A stretch of DNA of 38,678 bases, taken from NCBI GenBank assembly GCA_964353755.1, contig CAYGYC010000002.1:1-38678 (forward strand). The letters are read 5' to 3'. Each line of letters starts with the position of its first letter. The stretch's first letter is position 1. The notes beneath the pieces are model-generated. The model was not told the DNA's origin, ran no database searches, and worked only from the letters and a program-made list of their open reading frames with translations. The position numbers were made by a program, and so were the translations under genes. Positions 8,094 through 15,865 of the stretch are shown one piece after another. The DNA comes from an uncultured archaeon (GTDB lineage: Archaea; Asgardarchaeota; Lokiarchaeia; Helarchaeales; HEL-GB-A).

Positions 8094-9527
8094 TTAAAGT
8101 CCTAATTTCCCAGGATTCATTATATTATTCGGATCAATTAACTTTTTTATCCCTTTCAATAGGGTAAAAGTACCAGAACCGAGTTCTTGTTCCATATATT
8201 CGCCCCGGAATATCCCGACACCATGATGATGCGATATGCTCCCCCCATTTTCCAGGCAAGTTTTTAACCCGTCGCGCCATGCTTGTTGATATAATAGGGA
8301 GGCTTTTTGCTCCTTTTCTGTATCTTTTTCCAGCAGCACAAAAATCAGGTACATACTCCCCCCTTCTAAATAGAAATGAGACCAATGAGCCATGACATTT
8401 ATCTTTTTGCTTTGAATGGCCTGCTTCATCTTGTTAAATAAATTTTCCAGGTTATCAAAGGTCGTTACTACATCGATGGTATCTGCCAGAACATTCATTT
8501 TAATCCAGTCCGGGTTAGGATAATACATGTTCAATCGATTTTTAAACCAAATTTTCCCGCCTTCGTCACCCATATCCTTTGCGCCTTCATTGAAACAAAT
8601 CTCCGAGCACACCTTCTTCTGATATCCAATAAGATCCTTAGTTTCCTTGTAACCATCGAACGAAAGCGTTAAGTAACTCTGGTCCTTTTCGATCTCTTTA
8701 ATGTGATAGACCATCCGCGCCTCGACGGCTTCATAGAGCCGGATAATCGAGGGTTTTATGCCGAGATTCATTATCTTTCTTACGGCATTAAAACCTGCGG
8801 TTAACGTGGGAAAGAGAAATCCCGCAAATTCTCTAATATCCGGATTTCTTTTGATGCTCAAACAAATATCGGTAATGATTCCGAAGGTCCCTTCTGTCCC
8901 GATAAATAATTCGTTGAAATTTGGGCCAGTTGCTTTACGAGGAACGCGTGAATGATTCGTATGGATAACCTCACCTGAGGGGAGGACCACCTCTAAATCC
9001 AGCACCATATTTTCTATATTACCATACAAGGAAGATAATGCGCCGGCTGATCTGGTAGCTACAAACCCCCCAACAGAACTTGTTGTTAAGGAGCTAGGTA
9101 GATGCCCTAAAGTATAGCCGTGTTTATTTAAAAAGTCCTCCAAATGTTGGCCAATAACCCCTGCTTGACATAAGACGTAATTTGATTCCTTATGAATTTC
9201 TATTCGTCTTAATTTTTTCAAATCAATTGCTAGTCCTCCGGTCAAGGGGACAATGCCGCCATTGACACCTGCCCCCCCTCCGTACGGGATCGCGGGAATT
9301 TTATACCGATTAGCAATTTTCAAAATCTGCGAAATCTGTTCTAGTGAATCAACCCAGACGATGTAATCCGGAAAGGGTTGCTTTAAAATAGACGGTAACC
9401 GGTATTGCATTATTTTCAGCTGAAACGAATCCCGACCATACGCAATTTTATCTGCGTCCTTTGAGGAAATATTTTTTTCGCCAACTATGGATTCTAATGC
9501 TTTATAAACGGTTTCATTCTTTACCAA
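8094..9527 (-). CDS. FAD-linked oxidase (VAO/PCMH fold), GlcD / alkyl-DHAP-synthase-like
   Basis: FAD-binding region PYGGGAGVNGG. Blocks GHLPSSLTTSSVGGFVATRSAGALSSLYGNIENMVLDLEVVLPSGEVI and NGGSISHHHGVGIFRGEYM...IDPNNIMNPGKL match the AGPS/GlcD family as I remember it. Confidence 0.85.
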   Translation of the reverse strand: MVKNETVYKALESIVGEKNISSKDADKIAYGRDSFQLKIMQYRLPSILKQPFPDYIVWVDSLEQISQILKIANRYKIPAIPYGGGAGVNGGIVPLTGGLAIDLKKLRRIEIHKESNYVLCQAGVIGQHLEDFLNKHGYTLGHLPSSLTTSSVGGFVATRSAGALSSLYGNIENMVLDLEVVLPSGEVIHTNHSRVPRKATGPNFNELFIGTEGTFGIITDICLSIKRNPDIREFAGFLFPTLTAGFNAVRKIMNLGIKPSIIRLYEAVEARMVYHIKEIEKDQSYLTLSFDGYKETKDLIGYQKKVCSEICFNEGAKDMGDEGGKIWFKNRLNMYYPNPDWIKMNVLADTIDVVTTFDNLENLFNKMKQAIQSKKINVMAHWSHFYLEGGSMYLIFVLLEKDTEKEQKASLLYQQAWRDGLKTCLENGGSISHHHGVGIFRGEYMEQELGSGTFTLLKGIKKLIDPNNIMNPGKLGL

Positions 9528-9623
9528 TTTAAAATCGCCTTCCTTCTAGAATTAGTGCTTATTTCTAACTATAATAGGGAAAATCGCTTTCGTTTCAACA
9601 TTTACAATCAAACATTTAAGAAT

Positions 9624-10250
9624 TTATTGGAAAAATTTTACTATATCATCAAGAATGGGTGGGCGAAATTTAATCGTTTCAATATCCATCGGATATTCCA
9701 TTAATTCAGTTAAACTGAAATCGATAAATAAAATCCCAATTTCCTTAGCGCCCAAAGTGTTTTGAATCATATTCATAATAAAAGCTGCCCGTTCTTTTTT
9801 GGTTTGAATGACATATTCTGTATCTATATCCAGCGCATTGGGACTATTGGCTTCAATTAGCCACGCCATATACTCATTAAATAGTTCTTCATTTTCCGTT
9901 TGCTCCAGCTGGGCATCCAACTTTAAAATTGATTCAATCATTTTTAATAACCGTTCATTCATGCTCAAGAAATCTTGTAATTGTGATTGGATTTTCTCTT
10001 TTGATTTCGTAAGGGATTCTACATAAACCCGATTTATCTTCCCAATTTTCGTTGATATTTGCTGAATCCATTCCTCTAAAATCGTATAGAATTGATCAAC
10101 TTTTTCATCATAATCCGTCGGAAGTGGAAATCTAATAGACCGCCTATAAAAAAAGAAAGGGATTTCTAATAGTTTTTTTGATTTTTGACCTAAATCAGAA
10201 ATTGAAACTTTGTCAATTTTGCCAATCTCTGATTTCTGGGGCATACACAT
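9624..10250 (-). CDS. hypothetical, predicted helical/coiled-coil protein
   Basis: 208-aa ORF starting 4 nt after the stop of the longin-like membrane protein gene. No family recognised. Confidence 0.6.
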   Translation of the reverse strand: MCMPQKSEIGKIDKVSISDLGQKSKKLLEIPFFFYRRSIRFPLPTDYDEKVDQFYTILEEWIQQISTKIGKINRVYVESLTKSKEKIQSQLQDFLSMNERLLKMIESILKLDAQLEQTENEELFNEYMAWLIEANSPNALDIDTEYVIQTKKERAAFIMNMIQNTLGAKEIGILFIDFSLTELMEYPMDIETIKFRPPILDDIVKFFQ

Positions 10251-10254
10251 TCAC

Positions 10255-11160
10255 TCATAGGATTTTCTCGCTATATTCAGCTAAGGGATAAAGTTTTCTG
10301 CGTTCTTTCAGCCGCCCTCCATACATCCCACACAACAACGACAAGGAGACGAGTAAGGGGCTAAAAGCAAGGTACCATAAAAACACATTTACATCCATGA
10401 ACTCTTGTCTAGCAGATGTTACAGAGCCAATAAGAAGTAGAATCCCAACACTCGTACCAAGGAGGAGGGCAGTCCAAATGCCGCGTTTCGTATTTCCTGC
10501 GATATATGCGGCTAGGAAAGTGGGTAGAAGAAATATAATGCAACTGAAACCCATTAAAGCAACAATTATAACTAAAGTAATAGTTTGTAATGTTTGAAGT
10601 TCAATTGCGCTAAGATTATCAGAAAAATCAATAGGAGGAAGCCCGAATCCCGCAATATTTATCTGAGAAATACGAATAATTGCCGGTACAAACAATAAAA
10701 GTATAAGTCCCATTACCAACAATCCAGTAATAAATCCGATAATCATTTTAAAATTCGTACGGGCGGAAACCTTTCCTTCCAGGATTGAATCAACGGTAAA
10801 CCTGAATTCTTCGAATTCTTTGACATTGGGAGCTTTGGTTTCTAACTTTTGGCGAAAGATTGTGTAGAAATCGGTTAAAATCTTTAATAAGAGTTTACGA
10901 ATCAAGGTTAAATTATCTCTTGGATCGGCAATAACTATTCCAATAAGAGAAACTTTTTCCGAATACTTTAAAATTGCGAGTTGTTCTCCTGTCTGCAGCT
11001 TTAACGACTGCATTCCAGCCCCTAACGCCTCGGTTGCAAATGATCCTAACGCATTGATAAATCCGGAAATTAATTGATCATCAATTTTACTTTTTTTAAG
11101 AAAATGCTTTGCAAAAATGCAAACTCCATTCTCTGTAGTAATATAAAGCGAATGAAACAT
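10255..11160 (-). CDS. membrane protein: N-terminal longin/roadblock-like alpha/beta domain fused to about 4-5 TM helices
   Basis: N-terminus MFHSLYITTENGVCIFAKHF...DDQLISGFINALGSFATEALG...LAILKYSEKVSLIGIVIAD...LLLKILTDFY has the secondary-structure pattern of longin/roadblock/TRAPP-type modules. It is followed by hydrophobic segments (IIGFITGLLVMGLILLLFVPAII, ITLVIIVALMGFSCIIFLLPTFLAAYIAG, and others). The domain call is pattern-based only. Confidence 0.65.
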   Translation of the reverse strand: MFHSLYITTENGVCIFAKHFLKKSKIDDQLISGFINALGSFATEALGAGMQSLKLQTGEQLAILKYSEKVSLIGIVIADPRDNLTLIRKLLLKILTDFYTIFRQKLETKAPNVKEFEEFRFTVDSILEGKVSARTNFKMIIGFITGLLVMGLILLLFVPAIIRISQINIAGFGLPPIDFSDNLSAIELQTLQTITLVIIVALMGFSCIIFLLPTFLAAYIAGNTKRGIWTALLLGTSVGILLLIGSVTSARQEFMDVNVFLWYLAFSPLLVSLSLLCGMYGGRLKERRKLYPLAEYSEKIL

Positions 11161-11519
11161 GCATTAAGTTATTGGAAATTAAGTATATATCCTTAATGAA
11201 AATTAATTTTTCCTTACCATTAAATGGTACGGTACAATTGATTTAGAAATTGCAGGAAAAAGGGGATGCTTATTCTTTGGTCGTGTGAATAAGATACACA
11301 ATTAACCCCACATAGGCCAGAATAACGATAAAACTTATTAAAATACCTTCGAAAATCATTTTTCTTTCAACACCTATTATTTTATTAACGTAAAATATTA
11401 ACAGGATATAAATGGTTTTGAATTATTTTCAATTGAGAAAAGAGTTCGGAAATATTGTGAATGGGATTAAAAAGTGACTGAGAGATTTCCAAAAAGAAGG
11501 GTGAGTATTTATAATGGAA

Positions 11520-12884
11520 TTATTTTAAAGGAAGCCCATCCTTTTGACTTAAATTTTCCCAGAATTTTATGTAACTCTTACGAGTTTCTTTACTGATTTC
11601 CATTTTAGATAGCGTTTCTATTAAAATCTTTATTAATGAGTAATTATTTTTTATGGCATTGGAGCTGAGTTCGTTTAATTTGATGTTCAATTGATTTTTA
11701 TCAATCCTAGGGAAATTTTGCTTGATATCATCGACCGATTTTATTAATGCTTGTTCCAATTCATTATTCTTTTTCATTATTACGGGAGATCGAGTTAAAT
11801 AATCCATCAAAGTCATTCGATGAAGTTTCTCATGGACCCACCAGAGCGAATTGTCATTACTAAGAGAGGGCGTCTTTAGTTTTCGTAAAGCCTCTGGAAT
11901 TTCAAAGAAGAAGGGTTTAAAAACGCTTAAACATGGGGCAGATGTCCCGGTAAGCCAATGGGTTTGAAGATCCTTTGATAAATCTGCTACATAACTTCCC
12001 GTAGTTTGATGCACTGTTAAGGCATTCGCATGCCCACATATGGAAGACATTGTCCCTTTTACAGGATCAAAGGGCTGCTCATCGAATTTGGTCCCATGAT
12101 CTCTCAGAATTTTCATTATCAGTGAAATATTGATCTGTCCTTTCCTATCTAATAAACGATTAATCGTTCTTGATTGCCTATCAATGCAACCTGAGAGGGC
12201 ACGTTTTCCTGGATCGGAATAGCACTCTGCAAAATCAAACTGTGATTTCGATTCGCACCAGCCTCTTTCAACGGCATTCTCGATAAGTCCGGGCGAGGCC
12301 AAATCCCATTTGTCTTTTATAGTCAGTCCATTTGAAATGGTCGCTACATCCGCGACCTTTTTAGCAACCCAAAACTTACCCGCCGTTTCTAGCACCCACG
12401 CTTCTTTAAGATCAGCAACAATAAATGAATTATGATAAACAAAATTGGGACCATTTTGGCTTGCTACGCCCCCTTGCCCCCATTGTGTAATCAACTCTGT
12501 GATTATATTAAGCGCTTCCCGGGCAGTCTTTGCTCGTTGTAAGGCAAGGGTCATTAAATCCATTCCTAATAAAGCAGTCTTCTCGTATTTTTCTTTTGTA
12601 AAAACAGCTTCATTGCCCATGACTATGCCGTATTCATTCGCCCCCATTTCACAACCCATTCTTAACCAAACAGGTTTCGCCAGAATTACTGAACATGTCT
12701 CTGATACTTGCGGAATGCTCATATACTGACATTGAATTTCCTCACCCTGTTGATGAGTGGATCTCGGCAGATAGCAGATAGCATGGGCTTCGTTGGGGTC
12801 TCTATCGCTATTCTTCCCAAAAATTATGGCACCATCTTCGGTGCTATTGCCCAATACCACAATTGTATCACACATAAAATCCAC
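11520..12884 (-). CDS. peptidase C69 family (Ntn hydrolase, dipeptidase/secernin-like)
   Basis: MCDTIVVLGNSTEDGAIIFGKNSDRDPNEAH has an N-terminal nucleophile Cys followed by the FGKNSDR.PNE block typical of C69/secernin. The true start is probably ATG at 12875, which places Cys at residue 2. Confidence 0.85.
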   Translation of the reverse strand: MDFMCDTIVVLGNSTEDGAIIFGKNSDRDPNEAHAICYLPRSTHQQGEEIQCQYMSIPQVSETCSVILAKPVWLRMGCEMGANEYGIVMGNEAVFTKEKYEKTALLGMDLMTLALQRAKTAREALNIITELITQWGQGGVASQNGPNFVYHNSFIVADLKEAWVLETAGKFWVAKKVADVATISNGLTIKDKWDLASPGLIENAVERGWCESKSQFDFAECYSDPGKRALSGCIDRQSRTINRLLDRKGQINISLIMKILRDHGTKFDEQPFDPVKGTMSSICGHANALTVHQTTGSYVADLSKDLQTHWLTGTSAPCLSVFKPFFFEIPEALRKLKTPSLSNDNSLWWVHEKLHRMTLMDYLTRSPVIMKKNNELEQALIKSVDDIKQNFPRIDKNQLNIKLNELSSNAIKNNYSLIKILIETLSKMEISKETRKSYIKFWENLSQKDGLPLK

Positions 12885-12937
12885 ACATCCCGGAAAAACA
12901 ATAAATTCGGTATCTACCGTTTTTCGTATTCTACTAA

Positions 12938-13030
12938 ATTGAATGTGATAAAGATTTTTGAAGAAAAAACCATAATCATTTTATTGTCTTTTTTAATTTA
13001 TTACATTGAATTTGATAAAGATTTTTGAAG
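12938..13030 (+). promoter_or_regulatory. pair of 26-nt direct repeats (12938-12963 and 13005-13030, 25/26 identical) in a divergent intergenic region
   Basis: The repeats are ATTGAATGTGATAAAGATTTTTGAAG and ATTGAATTTGATAAAGATTTTTGAAG, spaced 67 nt start to start. The second copy ends 8 nt before ATG 13039. Each copy contains an A/T-rich TATA-like core (GATAAAGATTTTT). Confidence 0.5.
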
Positions 13031-13038
13031 GAATACAC

Positions 13039-13521
13039 ATGAGTTTTTCAAATCCAATCGAGAAGGTACTACAGTTAATCAACAATTTGAAACTTTTCAC
13101 CGAAGTCAAGGGGATAGGTGAAATTCATACAGAAGTAAATAATTTATTACGCGATGTTTATGACCTTTTTATTGGATTAGAATCGTTCAACCGAAAAAAG
13201 CGATTAGTATTATTGAAGCTAGCCCATTTATTTCCAAAAACACTGACAACCGCTGAATTGCGACAGGTGATGGAGTATTCAGATAACACCTCTTTAAGTT
13301 ATGTGCGAAGTGAAATTAAGGAGCTTGAAGATGCAAATTTAATAATAATAAATAAGTATAAGGACAAGAAACTGCCTTTTCAGTGTCAGATAAACCATAA
13401 ACACCGGCTTATGCGACTTTTAATCGCGTTAACGAGCTTTGGAACAGAATACAAAGAAATGGTAGCAGAACAGGTAGAAAAACAGTCAAAAGAACCTGTG
13501 GAGGATCAAGATGACCAGTAA
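13039..13521 (+). CDS. winged-helix (wHTH) protein with acidic tail, putative transcription regulator
   Basis: The ATG at 13039 is preferred over the tracked TTG at 13006. TLTTAELRQVMEYSDNTSLSYVRSEIKELEDANLIIINKYKDKKLPFQCQIN fits helix-turn-helix plus wing. No SD is present, so the mRNA may be leaderless. Confidence 0.6.
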   Translation: MSFSNPIEKVLQLINNLKLFTEVKGIGEIHTEVNNLLRDVYDLFIGLESFNRKKRLVLLKLAHLFPKTLTTAELRQVMEYSDNTSLSYVRSEIKELEDANLIIINKYKDKKLPFQCQINHKHRLMRLLIALTSFGTEYKEMVAEQVEKQSKEPVEDQDDQ

Positions 13522-14206
13522 AATCGAGTACGATGAGGAAGTACTCCACTTTTTAAACGGCTTGCGGCGTTATATTACCGCTAGAGCATTGGCGATCTAT
13601 ATAATTGTTGGAGGCGCAACGGTTGCCTTCGGATTTATATTCTATTACTTTCTCTATTGGATTCTGCCTCCCATATACAGTTTGCTGTTTTTTATTTTAA
13701 TAATGATAGGTTTTACAGTGGGATTAAATGTATTACTTCAGCGAAGTCTGTTAATCTATCATCTTCCCCCTTATACTCTAGATATTGCTAAAAAGGCAGG
13801 CTTTAAAATTGACGAGTTTAAAATTCATTTCATTTTCAAACGAGCTAATATCTATCCCACTTCAAATATTTTCATAAGAATCGGCCTACTTGTGGGATAT
13901 ATACCCTTTACCGAATTGCGATTTAAATCGTATAAAATGAGTTTAACGAGTGAGAAGTTATGTGAAAAAACTGATTTATTGGGTTCGCTTATAGTGAAAG
14001 AGATTGCAGAGCGAAACCTGTTAGCATGGGATATGGAGAGTGATAGTAAACGAGTTGGTGTAACCCGTAAAAAAATAGGGGGATTGCGCCTTAAAACAAT
14101 TTGTTTACCCGAAGAAGTGACAGGTCGATTGATGCAAATGGGAAAGGCAATCCGAGAATGGCAAAAAGCCCTCGAAAAGGTAGCCCATTTCGCGCTTTCA
14201 AGTTGA
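13511..14206 (+). CDS. membrane protein (2 N-terminal TM helices plus soluble C-terminal domain), unknown function
   Basis: The ATG overlaps the upstream gene by 11 nt and is preceded by a strong GGAGGA Shine-Dalgarno at 13500-13505. Hydrophobic segments include ALAIYIIVGGATVAFGFIFYYFLYWIL and LLFFILIMIGFTVGLNVLL. Confidence 0.65.
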   Translation: MTSKIEYDEEVLHFLNGLRRYITARALAIYIIVGGATVAFGFIFYYFLYWILPPIYSLLFFILIMIGFTVGLNVLLQRSLLIYHLPPYTLDIAKKAGFKIDEFKIHFIFKRANIYPTSNIFIRIGLLVGYIPFTELRFKSYKMSLTSEKLCEKTDLLGSLIVKEIAERNLLAWDMESDSKRVGVTRKKIGGLRLKTICLPEEVTGRLMQMGKAIREWQKALEKVAHFALSS

Positions 14207-14221
14207 CAGGACGGAAAATTT

Positions 14222-15325
14222 ATGTCCTCCTTGTTAAAACGCCTCTTTGGCGGAATTAAAGTTTACTTTGGTAAAGAATTTCGCTATTATACCATAATTT
14301 ATCTCTTCTTTTTAATTGTTATTGCAATTATCTCCCCACTTTTCATTTTGCTTGATATTGAACGCTTGAATAATATCGAACTTGTTTATATCATAGGACT
14401 TTCATCTACAGTCATGTATTTTCTATACATCTTTTTAACATTAAATAAGCGAATGCGCGAAATTTTCTTTCACACGAAATGGAAATATCTTTTATCCATC
14501 CCTCTGCCAATTGGAGGCGCGATAGGATTCAGTTTTGCGATAACTTTTCTGGTTGAATTAAATCTGACAGTGCTTTATTATATAGTAACCTTTATCTTAT
14601 TAGGGGCATTCTTAATATGGTTAATCATTCAGTTGTTATCTTTTGGATTATTTGTAAAGGATTTCAATATTTATCTTCTAGAAAAAATTGGATCAAATTC
14701 TGAAAAACGCAATAACTGGCTAGTTATTTTTTCTATTTTATTTCAAACGGCTATGATCATCTATTGCGTGGCTCTTAGAGATAGTTATATAGAAATAACA
14801 CATTTGATATCTTTTCCATTTGATGTTTGGTTATTTCCCTTGATCTGTACCATTCTCTCTGGAATCCTCTTAATTGTTGCACTATGCCAAAAAAAGTATC
14901 ATTCGGCATTCTTCACGACGAGCTATATATTCCTCTACAGCTTATTTTTACTTTATCATATAGGCTATCTGATGCTTGTTATCTATAGCACTGAATTCTT
15001 TATAGGAGCAATTAATCTGCTGAGTCTCCTTATCTTCACCTTTTTACTGTTTTATACCTTTCAGGCTGTTGGAGGCGCGATAAAAACAAGATTAAAGCGA
15101 TGGTGGCAACCCTTGAGTTTCTTTTTATTCACTATTGTTCTCTTATATGCGACTTGGAGTGTTACTTTTCTGTATGAATTATCTGAAAAGATCGCTGACA
15201 AGCTTCTAGAACTATATTTTTGGAGTATTAATCATTTCATTTCCTATATCTTTGGAATTGTCTTACTAATTATTACGGTGTTCCTTTTCCTGGGACGGTT
15301 GAAAAGAAAAAAAGAAGTAGAATAA
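14222..15325 (+). CDS. polytopic membrane protein (about 9-10 TM helices), unknown function
   Basis: 367-aa very hydrophobic ORF, 15 nt after the previous gene, with a basic C-terminal tail (GRLKRKKEVE). No transporter signature recognised. Confidence 0.7.
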   Translation: MSSLLKRLFGGIKVYFGKEFRYYTIIYLFFLIVIAIISPLFILLDIERLNNIELVYIIGLSSTVMYFLYIFLTLNKRMREIFFHTKWKYLLSIPLPIGGAIGFSFAITFLVELNLTVLYYIVTFILLGAFLIWLIIQLLSFGLFVKDFNIYLLEKIGSNSEKRNNWLVIFSILFQTAMIIYCVALRDSYIEITHLISFPFDVWLFPLICTILSGILLIVALCQKKYHSAFFTTSYIFLYSLFLLYHIGYLMLVIYSTEFFIGAINLLSLLIFTFLLFYTFQAVGGAIKTRLKRWWQPLSFFLFTIVLLYATWSVTFLYELSEKIADKLLELYFWSINHFISYIFGIVLLIITVFLFLGRLKRKKEVE

Positions 15326-15865
15326 TTATTCCAAACTAACTGCCCAAATCGTTTCTCGGCCTTTCTTGCCGTCGCGCTTAATTTTCCCTGAAAGCACTAG
15401 TTCGAGAAGGTAGCGTCGGATTGTTTGCGTATTAAACTTGAAATAATTCTTTAATTCGGAGATGGTCATTTTCTGCTGTTCTTGGAGCATATCGAACATG
15501 TTTTCTTTGATGGATTTCGGCTGCGCGGGTTTCGAGGCTACTTTAGGATAATACCGTTGTGCAAATTTCAGTAATTCGCTGTAATTCTGCAGACTTTTAC
15601 TCCCATCCAGAAAGAGGAGCAATAAGTTCATTTCTTCGGGATACGCAACGACATAGAAATCTTCAAAGAAAATGGCCCGGGGTTTGATTCCATTGCCGCT
15701 TTGAAACATTAAATAGAAGGGGGTACAGAATTTTTCTAGATCGACTTCAAAGTCCTTGGCCAGAGATTTATTCCATTCGATTATTGGTCCTTTTAATGTA
15801 TCGAATCCAATCATCGCTATTTTCTTAACTTGATCCGTTGTCATTTCCATCTTTCTCTTCACCAT
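15326..15865 (-). CDS. longin/roadblock-like domain + C-terminal winged-helix fusion protein (putative GTPase partner)
   Basis: The N-terminal ~100 aa (IAMIGFDTLKGPIIEWNK...FYVVAYPEEMNLLLLFLDGS...) looks like an alpha/beta regulatory module. The C-terminus MTISELKNYFKFNTQTIRRYLLELVLSGKIKRDGKKGRETIWAV is wHTH-like. Possible starts are 15865, 15850 (preceded by a GGTGA SD), 15844 or 15814. The first three overlap the GTPase 3' end. Confidence 0.75.
   Translation of the reverse strand: MVKRKMEMTTDQVKKIAMIGFDTLKGPIIEWNKSLAKDFEVDLEKFCTPFYLMFQSGNGIKPRAIFFEDFYVVAYPEEMNLLLLFLDGSKSLQNYSELLKFAQRYYPKVASKPAQPKSIKENMFDMLQEQQKMTISELKNYFKFNTQTIRRYLLELVLSGKIKRDGKKGRETIWAVSLE

Noticed and set aside
11270-11359. 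A 29-aa single-TM micro-ORF (MIFEGILISFIVILAYVGLIVYLIHTTKE, GGTG 12 nt upstream) lies in the 359-nt gap. A similar 36-aa TTG-initiated hydrophobic ORF lies at 27159..27269 upstream of the 799-aa gene.
   Set aside because: Hydrophobic micro-ORFs arise easily in AT-rich DNA, and the only supporting evidence is a weak SD. Worth checking in Ribo-seq data, but not reportable as genes.
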